Shown: positions 54,070-62,725 of the stretch, piece after piece
Numbering within the stretch: position 1 is the stretch's first letter
How the letters are laid out: every line of letters begins with the position of its first letter
NCBI GenBank assembly: GCA_963846575.1
Contig: CAWJWJ010000002.1
Coordinates: forward strand, 544,001 to 608,000
Direction of reading: 5' to 3'
Length of the DNA: 64,000 nt
Origin: an uncultured Nitrospiraceae bacterium
Lineage (GTDB): Bacteria; Nitrospirota; Nitrospiria; Nitrospirales; Nitrospiraceae
Notes under the pieces: model-generated
What the model saw: the letters and a program-made list of their open reading frames with translations, nothing else
The model's database searches: none
What the model was told of the DNA's origin: nothing
Position numbers and translations under genes: made by a program

Positions 54070-54121
54070 GGCCTCTAGCACCTCCGGTCTGGCAGTCAAA
54101 TCGTGTGTAACCAGGAGGGCT

Positions 54122-55495
54122 ATGAGGATGGGCGCACGAACGTCAGGAGGACTCATACTCGGCTCGGTCGTGCTTATGATCGTTGTCTCCGCAGTTCCGG
54201 TGAGCGCAGAAGACCAGAGTGCAGGAGAGTCGGCGGGAGCGGGCCGCCTGAGCCGTGAAGTGGAGACTCCCCCCGCGGTGATTTGCGGCGGCTGCGTCAC
54301 TCCCAGTTTCGCGGGCGAAGGCAAAGGAAGCATTGTTCCCTATGGTCGTATCGAGCTGGACGCGATATACAGCAACCGAAATACGAATCCACTCGACCCC
54401 GGGCAATTCAATGGCTATGCCACCGCCGCAGGCAAAAGCAGCAATGCGTCCTCCACGCTCAATCCTCGCTATAGCGTGTTCGGCCTGCGTGCCGACCGAA
54501 CGGACGGGAAACATACCTTGACTGGTGTCGTCGAAGCGGATTTCTACAGCCAAACCGACAATGCCGGCAATATCTCGCCTCGCCTGCGGTTGGCCAACGT
54601 CAAATATTCTCCCAACAATAGTCGGACGACCATCACGGCAGGCATGGACTGGACGCCGATCATGTCCTCTCATCCAAACCTGATCGATTTCTCCATCATG
54701 GGTTATAACGGGAACTTGTGGCAGCGACTCCCGCAGATTACCGTGAAGCATCAATTTACCGACAACGTGAATGGTCTGTTGACGGTCATGCGATTCGAAC
54801 GCGGATTATCGGCCATTCAGCCGCAGACGCAACGACGAACGTTTCAAGGGGCCGGCGCGGGGGCGGCGCCGGGTAGTTGCGGGACGAGCGGTTTCGGCTG
54901 TTCTGAAAACGCCTTCAACGATCCGGTACAGATGCCCTATGTGGGGACTCGATTTGCCTATACAGGCACGGGTGACCAGGCAGGCTTTATGGTCGCACTC
55001 AATGCCGCGTTTAGGCATTATCGATCGGCGCCGACGGCCGGGGGGATTCCCGCGGGCAACGATATCAATTCGTATCTCGTGGGGGCGGAACTCGCGGTGC
55101 CTTTGACCAACCGGTTGAGATTCACCGGTGAGATTGCCTACGGACAGGCGCTGGGAGTGGAGTTTTTCCGATACGGACAGGAGCGAAACCTGGGCACGGG
55201 CAAATCGATCCGGACCGTGGTCGGCTGGGGAGAGTTGGATTATGCCTTCGATCGGCAGCTCACGCTCATCGCCGGCTATGGGTTCGACAACCCGCTGAAC
55301 TCAGACCTGCGAGGCACCAGCGCCGGGCCTGACACCCAATATGTACTCAATCATCGGACCTACCTGACGGCCGTCCGGCATATTTGGGGCGATTTGTACA
55401 CGTCGTTCGAGTGGAATCACCTCATGACCGAATGGTCCACCGGGGAGCATTTTGCAGGAGACAATTTCATGCTCTCAACTTGGTACAACTTTTAG
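54122..55495 (+). CDS. Outer-membrane beta-barrel porin, putative urea/short-chain amide channel (DcaP/FmdC-like)
   Basis: SD AGGAGG then ATG 54122. Signal peptide, YGRIELD, VEADFY, PRLRLA, amphipathic beta strands and C-terminal WYNF. First gene of the urt/ure operon. Confidence 0.75.
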   Translation: MRMGARTSGGLILGSVVLMIVVSAVPVSAEDQSAGESAGAGRLSREVETPPAVICGGCVTPSFAGEGKGSIVPYGRIELDAIYSNRNTNPLDPGQFNGYATAAGKSSNASSTLNPRYSVFGLRADRTDGKHTLTGVVEADFYSQTDNAGNISPRLRLANVKYSPNNSRTTITAGMDWTPIMSSHPNLIDFSIMGYNGNLWQRLPQITVKHQFTDNVNGLLTVMRFERGLSAIQPQTQRRTFQGAGAGAAPGSCGTSGFGCSENAFNDPVQMPYVGTRFAYTGTGDQAGFMVALNAAFRHYRSAPTAGGIPAGNDINSYLVGAELAVPLTNRLRFTGEIAYGQALGVEFFRYGQERNLGTGKSIRTVVGWGELDYAFDRQLTLIAGYGFDNPLNSDLRGTSAGPDTQYVLNHRTYLTAVRHIWGDLYTSFEWNHLMTEWSTGEHFAGDNFMLSTWYNF

Positions 55496-55524
55496 CCTGG
55501 CATGACGGCGAAAGGAGTCTCACG

Positions 55525-56889
55525 ATGATCTCTCCGAAACCACAGAGTACAGACCAGGAGATTGCCACGAGCAAGGCCGAGGCCCTTCCGTCGCGCCGCG
55601 ATTTCCTCTGGCAGAGTTCACGAACCGCGGCCGGCATCGGGGTAGCGGCGTTGCTGGGAAACCTGGGGCATTGGGCATTGTCATATGGGGCCGATAAGGA
55701 ACCGATCAAGGTCGGGGTGTTGCACTCGCTCAGCGGTACCATGGCCATCAGTGAGGTGTCGCTGAAGGATGTCGTGTCGATGGCGGTGGAAGAGATCAAC
55801 GCGAAGGGCGGCCTGTTGGGACGACCCTTGAAGCTGGTCATCGTCGATCCGGCCTCTAATTGGGATCTCTTCGCCGAAAAAGCCAAACAATTGTTAGTGC
55901 AGGATAAGGTGGCGGTGGTGTTTGGTTGTTGGACATCGGTCAGCCGGAAGTCCGTATTGCCGGTGTTCGAGAAGAACAACGGGCTGCTCTTTTATCCGGT
56001 CCAGTATGAAGGGGAGGAATGCTCACGGAATGTGTTCTACACCGGCGCCGCGGTGAATCAGCAGGCCGTGCCTGCCGTGGAGTATCTGATGAGCAAGGAA
56101 GGGGGAGGGTTCAAAAAGTTCTATCTGCTCGGGACCGATTACGTCTATCCGCGCACGACGAACAAGATTCTCCGTGCCATGTTGCTCGCCAAGAAAGTCC
56201 CTGCGGCCAACATCATGGAAGAGTACACTCCGTTCCATCATCAGGATTACCAAACCATCGTCGGAAAGATTAAAAAGTTTGCGGCCGGCGGAGGCGGGTG
56301 TGTGATCAGCACGATCAATGGCGACAGCAATGTGCCGTTCTACAAAGAGTTTGCCAACCAAGGGTTGCGGGCGGAAGATGCGCCTATTATGGCCTTCAGC
56401 GTCGCGGAGGACGAGTTGCGTGGGATGGACAAGACGGCTCTGGTCGGGCATCTGGCGGCCTGGAATTACTACCAGAGCGTCGACACGCCGCAGAACAAAC
56501 AGTTCGTGGCCAATTTTAAGGCCTACTGCAAAAAGAACAATCTGCCGGAGGGTGACAAGCGCGTCACCGACGATCCGATCGAAGCCGCCTACTTTGGCGT
56601 ACATGTCTGGAAGCAAGCGGTTGAGAAGGCGGGCGGCACCGATGCAGATGCGGTACGAAAAGCCGTCTATGGCCAGAAGTTTCCGGCTCCCGGTGGGGAA
56701 ATCATGATGGACGAGGCTAACCATCATACCCACAAGCCGGTGTTGATCGGCGAGATTCTCAAGGACGGTCAATTTAAAGTCGTCTGGCGCTCGAAGGGGT
56801 TGGTCAAACCGGAACCCTGGAGCGAATACACGAATCCGGAAAAGGGGTGTGACTGGGTGAAACATCAAGGGACCTATAAGAGGGCCTGA
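55525..56889 (+). CDS. urtA: Urea ABC transporter substrate-binding protein (Tat signal)
   Basis: SRRDFL Tat motif, KVGVLHSLSGTMAISE, FGCWTSVSRKSVLPVFE, LLFYPVQYEG, GTDYVYPRTTN. Confidence 0.96.
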   Translation: MISPKPQSTDQEIATSKAEALPSRRDFLWQSSRTAAGIGVAALLGNLGHWALSYGADKEPIKVGVLHSLSGTMAISEVSLKDVVSMAVEEINAKGGLLGRPLKLVIVDPASNWDLFAEKAKQLLVQDKVAVVFGCWTSVSRKSVLPVFEKNNGLLFYPVQYEGEECSRNVFYTGAAVNQQAVPAVEYLMSKEGGGFKKFYLLGTDYVYPRTTNKILRAMLLAKKVPAANIMEEYTPFHHQDYQTIVGKIKKFAAGGGGCVISTINGDSNVPFYKEFANQGLRAEDAPIMAFSVAEDELRGMDKTALVGHLAAWNYYQSVDTPQNKQFVANFKAYCKKNNLPEGDKRVTDDPIEAAYFGVHVWKQAVEKAGGTDADAVRKAVYGQKFPAPGGEIMMDEANHHTHKPVLIGEILKDGQFKVVWRSKGLVKPEPWSEYTNPEKGCDWVKHQGTYKRA

Positions 56890-56938
56890 TGGGGAAGCGA
56901 GAATCAGCGCGCTGGATGCGGGGGAGGGTGCGCGGCGA

Positions 56939-58480
56939 ATGAGGCGCATCACCGGGATGGCAGTGCTCTGGTGCTGTGTGATCTGGGGTATGACCGACGC
57001 ATTGGCGGCGGAGGAGCTTGTCGGCGTCACGCCGTCAGCGGCGGTTGAGCAGGCGCTCAAGGATCTCTCGAGCGATGAGGAAACAACGCGCGAGCAGGCG
57101 ATTCATGTCCTGATCGAGCAGGGCGATGCGGCCGCTCTCCCGCGCTTGGACGCATTGCGAGAGAATGCGGATCGACGCCTACGCATGGCCATCAAGCCGG
57201 TGGCCGATGCCTGGCGTCACCGCGCAAACCTGTCCAGTCCGGATGCCGATGCCCGGCGTTCGGCGGCGATCGACCTGGGGACGAGCGGACGGGGTGTGGC
57301 CATTCCCTGGTTGGAATCTGCGGTCGACACCGAATCCCATCGGTGGGTTCGGTATGCGATGCAGGAGTCGATCCAACTCCTGAAACTCGCCTCGGATAAT
57401 CCTGTGATCAAGGCGCAGGCGGCGGCAAAGCTGGGCGAGCTGCGCAGCCAGAATGCCGTTCCGGCGCTGAAGGAATTGGTGCAGGTGGCCAAGGAATCGA
57501 CTAGCACCGAGGATCAGCATAACGTCGCGGGGGTGGCGGCTGTCGCCATCGATCGGATCGAATCCTGGAATGTCTGGTCCACGGCGATCGAAACGTTGTT
57601 CCGCGGCATCAGTCTGAGTTCGATTCTCCTCATCATGTCCGTCGGGCTCGCGATCGTCTTCGGATTGATGGGCGTCATCAACATGGCCCACGGCGAACTG
57701 ATGATGATCGGCGCCTATGCGACCTTTGTCATCCAGGAATGTTTTAAGCTGTATCTTCCTCCGGCCTGGTTCGATGCCTATTACCTGACTGCCCTTCCGG
57801 CCGCATTTCTGGCGGCGGCCTTGTTCGGATTGATCCTGGAAGCGACCGTCATCCGGTTTCTATATGGCCGCCCGCTCGAAACGATGCTAGCGACCTGGGG
57901 AGTCAGCCTCATTCTTATTCAGGCGGCGCGAATTTATTTCGGGGATCTGACGGCGGTGGCGGCTCCCGTTTGGCTTAACGGCGGCACGCAGGTCATGGTG
58001 GGAGTGTTTCTGCCCTTCAATCGCCTGTTCATCATCGGGCTTTCCATCCTCTGTGTCACCGGCATTTATTTGTTACTGTTCAGGTCACCTGTGGGACTCC
58101 GGGTGCGGGCCGTCACGCAGAATCGACACATGAGCGCCTGTCTGGGTATCCCCACCAGAAAAGTCGATGCCTACACCTTTGCCTTCGGATCCGGCCTGGC
58201 CGGCATCGCAGGCTGGGCCCTGACCCTGGTGGGGAACGTCGAGCCGGGACTCGGGCAGAACTACATCGTGGACTCCTTCATGGTAGTCGTGACCGGCGGT
58301 GTCGGTAAACTTGCGGGGACCATTATTGCCTCCCTGGGAATCGGGGGGTTGAATAAGCTCATGGAGCCGAGTCTGGGAGCCGTCTACGCAAAAGTCTTGA
58401 TCCTGGTGTTGGTGATTCTCTTCCTGCAGCGGCGGCCGTCGGGGCTGTTTGCGATTCAAGGGCGTCACGCCGAAGGATAG
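56939..58480 (+). CDS. urtB: Urea ABC transporter permease with N-terminal HEAT-like domain
   Basis: GLAIVFGLMGVINMAHGE, LYGRPLETMLATWG, RAVTQNR, YIVDSFMVVV. Confidence 0.95.
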   Translation: MRRITGMAVLWCCVIWGMTDALAAEELVGVTPSAAVEQALKDLSSDEETTREQAIHVLIEQGDAAALPRLDALRENADRRLRMAIKPVADAWRHRANLSSPDADARRSAAIDLGTSGRGVAIPWLESAVDTESHRWVRYAMQESIQLLKLASDNPVIKAQAAAKLGELRSQNAVPALKELVQVAKESTSTEDQHNVAGVAAVAIDRIESWNVWSTAIETLFRGISLSSILLIMSVGLAIVFGLMGVINMAHGELMMIGAYATFVIQECFKLYLPPAWFDAYYLTALPAAFLAAALFGLILEATVIRFLYGRPLETMLATWGVSLILIQAARIYFGDLTAVAAPVWLNGGTQVMVGVFLPFNRLFIIGLSILCVTGIYLLLFRSPVGLRVRAVTQNRHMSACLGIPTRKVDAYTFAFGSGLAGIAGWALTLVGNVEPGLGQNYIVDSFMVVVTGGVGKLAGTIIASLGIGGLNKLMEPSLGAVYAKVLILVLVILFLQRRPSGLFAIQGRHAEG

Positions 58481-58506
58481 TCTCGAGCAGGGAGAAGGGA
58501 GAACTG

Positions 58507-59643
58507 TTGGTACCAGAGTCGAATGTGGAGCGGCGCGAAGGCACGGTCTTTTGGTTGGTCGGGTTTGTGCTTCTCTTTGTCCTGCCGGTGCTCAACGTGT
58601 TGCCGGCGGAGGATTCCTGGCTGCGTGTCTCCGATTTCGCGCTGAATCGATTTGGAAAGTTCCTGGCCTTTGCCATTCTGGCGCTCGGGCTCGATTTGAT
58701 CTGGGGATACGCAGGCATCCTCAGCCTGGGGCAGGGCGTGTTCTTCGGCTTGGGCGCCTACTGCATGGGTATGCATCTGATGCTCGCGATCGGAAGTGAG
58801 AGCGTCTACGGCAGCACCTTGCCGGACTTCATGGTGTGGAATCAGGTTACGGAGCTACCTTTTTTCTGGACGCCCTTTTACAGCTTTCCCGCGGCCGTCC
58901 TTGCGGGCCTGCTGGTTCCTGCAGGCTTCGCGCTTCTATTCGGCTTCCTCGCGTTTCGCAGCCGTATTCGGGGTGTGTATTTTGCCATTATCACACAGGC
59001 GTTGGCTCTTATGGCCTGGCTGGTCTTCAACCGGAACGAAACAAACCTGGGGGGAACGAACGGTCTCACCGACTTCAAGACGATCGTGGGTTTTCGTCTG
59101 GCCGAGTCCGGCACCCAGCTGGCGCTCTATGTCATCACGGTGCTGTGTCTAGGCGGAGCTTATCTGCTCTGCCGCTGGATCATCGCCTCGCGCGCCGGCC
59201 GGGTCCTGATCGCCATTCGCGACAGCGAGCCGCGCGTTCTCTTCTCGGGCTACTCGCCGGCCAATTACAAACTATTCGTCTTCGTGGTCTCGGCGGCGCT
59301 GGCGGGGCTCGCGGGAATTCTCTACGTTCCGCAAGTCGGCATCATTACCCCGGCGCAGATGGGCGTGTTGCCCTCGCTTGAAATGGTGATCTGGGTCGCG
59401 GTGGGCGGTCGCGCGACCCTGGTCGGCGCCATTGTCGGAGCGGTCGGGGTGAACCTCGGACGCAGCATTCTCACCAATCACTTTCCGGAGTTCTGGCCAT
59501 TCTTTCTGGGCGGGCTCTTTGTCGTCGTGGTGCTGGTATTCCCTGACGGGGTTATGGGCGTCACCAGAAGAGTCAGTGAAAAAATGTCGGAATGGACCGT
59601 TCGTCAGCGAAAGGCTCAGGGCGTCGAGGAGGAACGGACATGA
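58507..59643 (+). CDS. urtC: Urea ABC transporter permease
   Basis: LDLIWGYAGILSLGQGVFFGLGAY, LPDFM, FRSRIRGVYFAIITQA, YVPQVGII. Confidence 0.95.
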   Translation: MVPESNVERREGTVFWLVGFVLLFVLPVLNVLPAEDSWLRVSDFALNRFGKFLAFAILALGLDLIWGYAGILSLGQGVFFGLGAYCMGMHLMLAIGSESVYGSTLPDFMVWNQVTELPFFWTPFYSFPAAVLAGLLVPAGFALLFGFLAFRSRIRGVYFAIITQALALMAWLVFNRNETNLGGTNGLTDFKTIVGFRLAESGTQLALYVITVLCLGGAYLLCRWIIASRAGRVLIAIRDSEPRVLFSGYSPANYKLFVFVVSAALAGLAGILYVPQVGIITPAQMGVLPSLEMVIWVAVGGRATLVGAIVGAVGVNLGRSILTNHFPEFWPFFLGGLFVVVVLVFPDGVMGVTRRVSEKMSEWTVRQRKAQGVEEERT

Positions 59644-60407
59644 CGGAGCATGGTTCGATCATCTATCTGGAAGGTGTGACTGTCGACTATGACGGGTTCA
59701 AAGCACTGAACAATCTCAACTTCATCGTCAATCACCGTGAGTTGCGGGTGGTCATCGGGCCGAACGGCGCCGGAAAGACCACTTTGCTGGACGTGATTAC
59801 CGGTAAGACGAAACCGGCGGCCGGCCGCGTGATCTTCGGCAAAGACACGGATCTCATCGGCATGCGCGAATACGAGATCACGCAATTGGGGATCGGGCGA
59901 AAATTCCAGGCCCCCTCAATCTACGGCAATCTCACGGTGTGGGAGAATCTCGACCTGTCGTTGAAGCGGCCTAGTAAGGGCGTCTTGTTTACGCTGAGGG
60001 GCCGGTCTACGGCGGCGGAACAGCAACAAATCGATGAAGCCTTGGAGACCATCGGATTGACGGCGCAAGCGCGCTTGCGCGCAGGGTCGCTCTCTCATGG
60101 CCAGAAGCAATGGCTTGAAATCGGCATGGTCATTTTGCAGGATCCGGCCTTGTTGCTGGTCGATGAGCCGGTAGCCGGCATGACGGACGAGGAGACCGCA
60201 CAAACGGGGCGGTTGCTCCAGTCGTTGGCGGAAAAACATGCCATTATCGTCATTGAGCACGACATGGAATTCGTGCGGCAGATCGCGCGAACCGTCACGG
60301 TGCTGCATGAGGGGACCGTCATTTGCGAGGGGCCGGTGGAGACGGTTCAAGCTGATCCCCGCGTCGTGGAAATTTATCTTGGCTGCCAGAAGGTGGCGCA
60401 TGCGTAA
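59640..60407 (+). CDS. urtD: Urea ABC transporter ATP-binding protein
   Basis: [42 protein letters not shown]. Confidence 0.95.
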   Translation: MTEHGSIIYLEGVTVDYDGFKALNNLNFIVNHRELRVVIGPNGAGKTTLLDVITGKTKPAAGRVIFGKDTDLIGMREYEITQLGIGRKFQAPSIYGNLTVWENLDLSLKRPSKGVLFTLRGRSTAAEQQQIDEALETIGLTAQARLRAGSLSHGQKQWLEIGMVILQDPALLLVDEPVAGMTDEETAQTGRLLQSLAEKHAIIVIEHDMEFVRQIARTVTVLHEGTVICEGPVETVQADPRVVEIYLGCQKVAHA

Positions 60408-60461
60408 GCGGCCCCGCCCGAACTCTGCGTGAATCTCCCGGGGAGTCACCGGAACAACACG

Positions 60462-61172
60462 ATGCTGCAGCTTGAGAAGGTCAACGTCTACTACGGTGAG
60501 AGCCATATATTGCGGAACGTCTCATTTTACATCGAGGCAGGCAAGGTGGCCTGCGTCATGGGCCGGAACGGTGTGGGCAAGTCGACGACGTTGAAGGCAA
60601 TTATGGGCCTGTTGCCGGTGCGCAGCGGACGTGTCCTCTTCGATGGCGTGGACATCACCAAGGCTTCGACCGACCGGCGGGCCAGGCGCGGCCTTGCGTA
60701 TGTGCCGCAAGGTCGGGAAATCATTCCGCATCTTACCGTGCGCGAAAATCTCCAGCTGGGCTATTGGGCGCGCGGGAGCGCCACGAACGGGGGCTCTGAA
60801 AAAGCTGCCTTCGATGAGGTCTTCACGTTATTCCCCAAGCTCACGCAAATTCTGGAACGGCCAGGCGGGGTCTTGAGTGGTGGCGAGCAGCAGCAATTGG
60901 CCATCGGGCGTGCGCTGCTGTCGGATCCCAAAGTCTTGCTGCTCGATGAACCGACCGAGGGCATTCAACCTTCCATCGTCGACCAGATCGAAGACGTGAT
61001 CGTCGGGTTTAAAACCGCGCGTCGATTTGCCATCGTCCTGGTGGAACAGGGCCTTCATTTCGCGGCACGGCTGGCGGACAGCTACGTCGTGATGGCCAAA
61101 GGAGCGGTGATGGCGGCGGGGAGGAAGGACGAGTTGAGTGCCGAGATGGTGAAGCAGCATTTGACGGTGTAA
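60462..61172 (+). CDS. urtE: Urea ABC transporter ATP-binding protein
   Basis: YYGESHIL, GRNGVGKST, YVPQGREI, LSGGEQQQLAIGRAL, DEPTEGIQPS. Start is 60429 (GTG) or 60462 (ATG). Confidence 0.95.
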   Translation: MLQLEKVNVYYGESHILRNVSFYIEAGKVACVMGRNGVGKSTTLKAIMGLLPVRSGRVLFDGVDITKASTDRRARRGLAYVPQGREIIPHLTVRENLQLGYWARGSATNGGSEKAAFDEVFTLFPKLTQILERPGGVLSGGEQQQLAIGRALLSDPKVLLLDEPTEGIQPSIVDQIEDVIVGFKTARRFAIVLVEQGLHFAARLADSYVVMAKGAVMAAGRKDELSAEMVKQHLTV

Positions 61173-61361
61173 CGCAAGCCGGGCAGGCGGAGCATGTCTG
61201 TCGAGCCATGGGGACATTCGTGAGCCGCCCTCGAATACGTGGCAGACATACGGCCCTCTGGCCGATTCATCTCGTTGCCGCAGATGAGACCCATTGAACT
61301 CATCTGCCCGCCTCGCTAGTATTCACGCCCTGGGTTGAGGCGTGGAGGGGAAGCAGACGAA

Positions 61362-61766
61362 GTGCGTGAATCTAGAAACAGTGTGAGCGCTCCCGGCCTT
61401 GCGGGGATTCTCATGGTGAGCGTCCTCTCCGCCTGCGCTACAGGTCAGTACACCCCGCTGGCGGGGGCCGAAAAGGACCAGGTCGATCAGCTGAAAGAAA
61501 ATGTCTACCGCGTCGAGTATCGTGTCAGTTCATTTACCTCGCAGGAGCAGTTGGATGCCTACCTGCGCCGGCGTTGTGCAGAATTGACGTTGCGGGAAGG
61601 GTACGATTTTTTTCATCTGGCGCAACGGGCGGATGTCCTGGCCCTCTCACGGCGGACGTCGATGACAGTGACGATGTATAAAGGACAGAAACCCCCCGGC
61701 GCGGTTGATCTCCATGATGCCAGGGAAGTTTTGGCCAAGTCGGCAATACTGCCACAGAATGAATGA
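61362..61766 (+). CDS. Small hypothetical lipoprotein (resembles the CC0125/CC1285-type family)
   Basis: Lipobox VLSAC and YRVEYRV..FTS...YLRRRCAELTLREGYDFF. Family assignment is from recollection only. Confidence 0.6.
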   Translation: MRESRNSVSAPGLAGILMVSVLSACATGQYTPLAGAEKDQVDQLKENVYRVEYRVSSFTSQEQLDAYLRRRCAELTLREGYDFFHLAQRADVLALSRRTSMTVTMYKGQKPPGAVDLHDAREVLAKSAILPQNE

Positions 61767-61792
61767 CGCATGACGTGTGACGAGGGCGGGAT

Positions 61793-62095
61793 ATGCATCT
61801 GACACCGCGTGAGCAGGAGAAACTGTTGATCTATGTAGCGGCAAATCTGGCCAAAGACCGCAAAGCGCGGGGGTTGAAGCTCAACCACCCGGAGGCGGTG
61901 GCATTGATCACCGCTGAGATTCTGGAGGGAATCCGCGACGGCAAGTCCGTGTCGGAGTTGATGAGTTACGGCGCCACGCTGCTCACTCGAAAGGATGTCA
62001 TGTCAGGTGTGCCGGAAATGATCCCGGAGCTTCAGGTCGAAGGCACATTTCCGGATGGCACGAAACTGGTGACCGTGCATGAGCCGATCCGATAG
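61793..62095 (+). CDS. ureA: Urease gamma subunit
   Basis: [41 protein letters not shown]. Confidence 0.99.
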   Translation: MHLTPREQEKLLIYVAANLAKDRKARGLKLNHPEAVALITAEILEGIRDGKSVSELMSYGATLLTRKDVMSGVPEMIPELQVEGTFPDGTKLVTVHEPIR

Positions 62096-62103
62096 GGAAT
62101 AAA

Positions 62104-62583
62104 ATGAAGCAGAAAGCGAAGACCGTAGCGAGGACATCTCGACCCAAGGCATCCTCCTCCGTCAATCGGCGCGATGGACTTCAGCCTGCGCCCATCATCC
62201 CCGGCGAGGTGATTCTCGGCGAAGGCGACATCATTGCGCTGCAGGGTCGGCAGACGGTTGAACTGACGGTATCGAATACCGGCGACAGGCCGATTCAGGT
62301 GGGGTCGCACTGCCACTTCTTCGAGGCCAATCGGGCGCTGACGTTCGACCGCAAGAAGGCCTATGGATTCCGGCTCCAGATACCGGCCGGGACGGCGGTG
62401 CGGTTTGAGCCTGGTGAGTCGAAGCGGGTGACGCTGGTCGCGCTTGGCGGCAATCGCGTGGTCTATGGCATCAATGGTTTGGTGAATGGCAAACTGGACG
62501 ATCCGAATGTGCGTGAGCAGGCACAGGCGGCGGCACGGGAACAGGGTTTCATGAGCACAGAGAAATGGCCCCCGCGGTCATAG
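62104..62583 (+). CDS. ureB: Urease beta subunit
   Basis: [36 protein letters not shown]. Confidence 0.98.
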   Translation: MKQKAKTVARTSRPKASSSVNRRDGLQPAPIIPGEVILGEGDIIALQGRQTVELTVSNTGDRPIQVGSHCHFFEANRALTFDRKKAYGFRLQIPAGTAVRFEPGESKRVTLVALGGNRVVYGINGLVNGKLDDPNVREQAQAAAREQGFMSTEKWPPRS

Positions 62584-62594
62584 GCGAAAGGAGC

Positions 62595-62720
62595 ACGGTT
62601 GCTCAAAACGGTCCCCCCACGAGGCCGCAGGCAAGGCCAGAGCCGGACGTATACCCTTGAGAGTAGGTTGAGGACTCTGGCGGGCCGGGCACGAGGTTGG
62701 GGGCGGTTCTCAGCAGCCGT
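62595..62720. repeat. About 126-bp imperfect palindromic (REP/MITE-like) element between ureB and ureC
   Basis: Terminal inverted repeats ACGGTTGCTCAAAAC / GTTCTCAGCAGCCGT, plus inner CCCCC/GGGGG and CCAGAG/CTCTGG pairings. Confidence 0.55.
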
Positions 62721-62725
62721 CTGAT

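Noticed and set aside
54090..54106. TGGCAG...TCGT as a possible sigma54 promoter for the urea operon
   Set aside because: The -12 element lacks the conserved GC, so it is too weak to call.
56023..57060. 345-aa antisense ORF over urtA, and similar ORFs over ureC, rpoB, rpoC and fusA
   Set aside because: Shadow ORFs with no recognisable motifs or RBS.
61759..61784. AATGAC and three TGACG repeats before ureA as a possible extra ANTAR site
   Set aside because: No stem closing a 6-nt loop and no partner hairpin or terminator. Looks like a short heptamer-like repeat.
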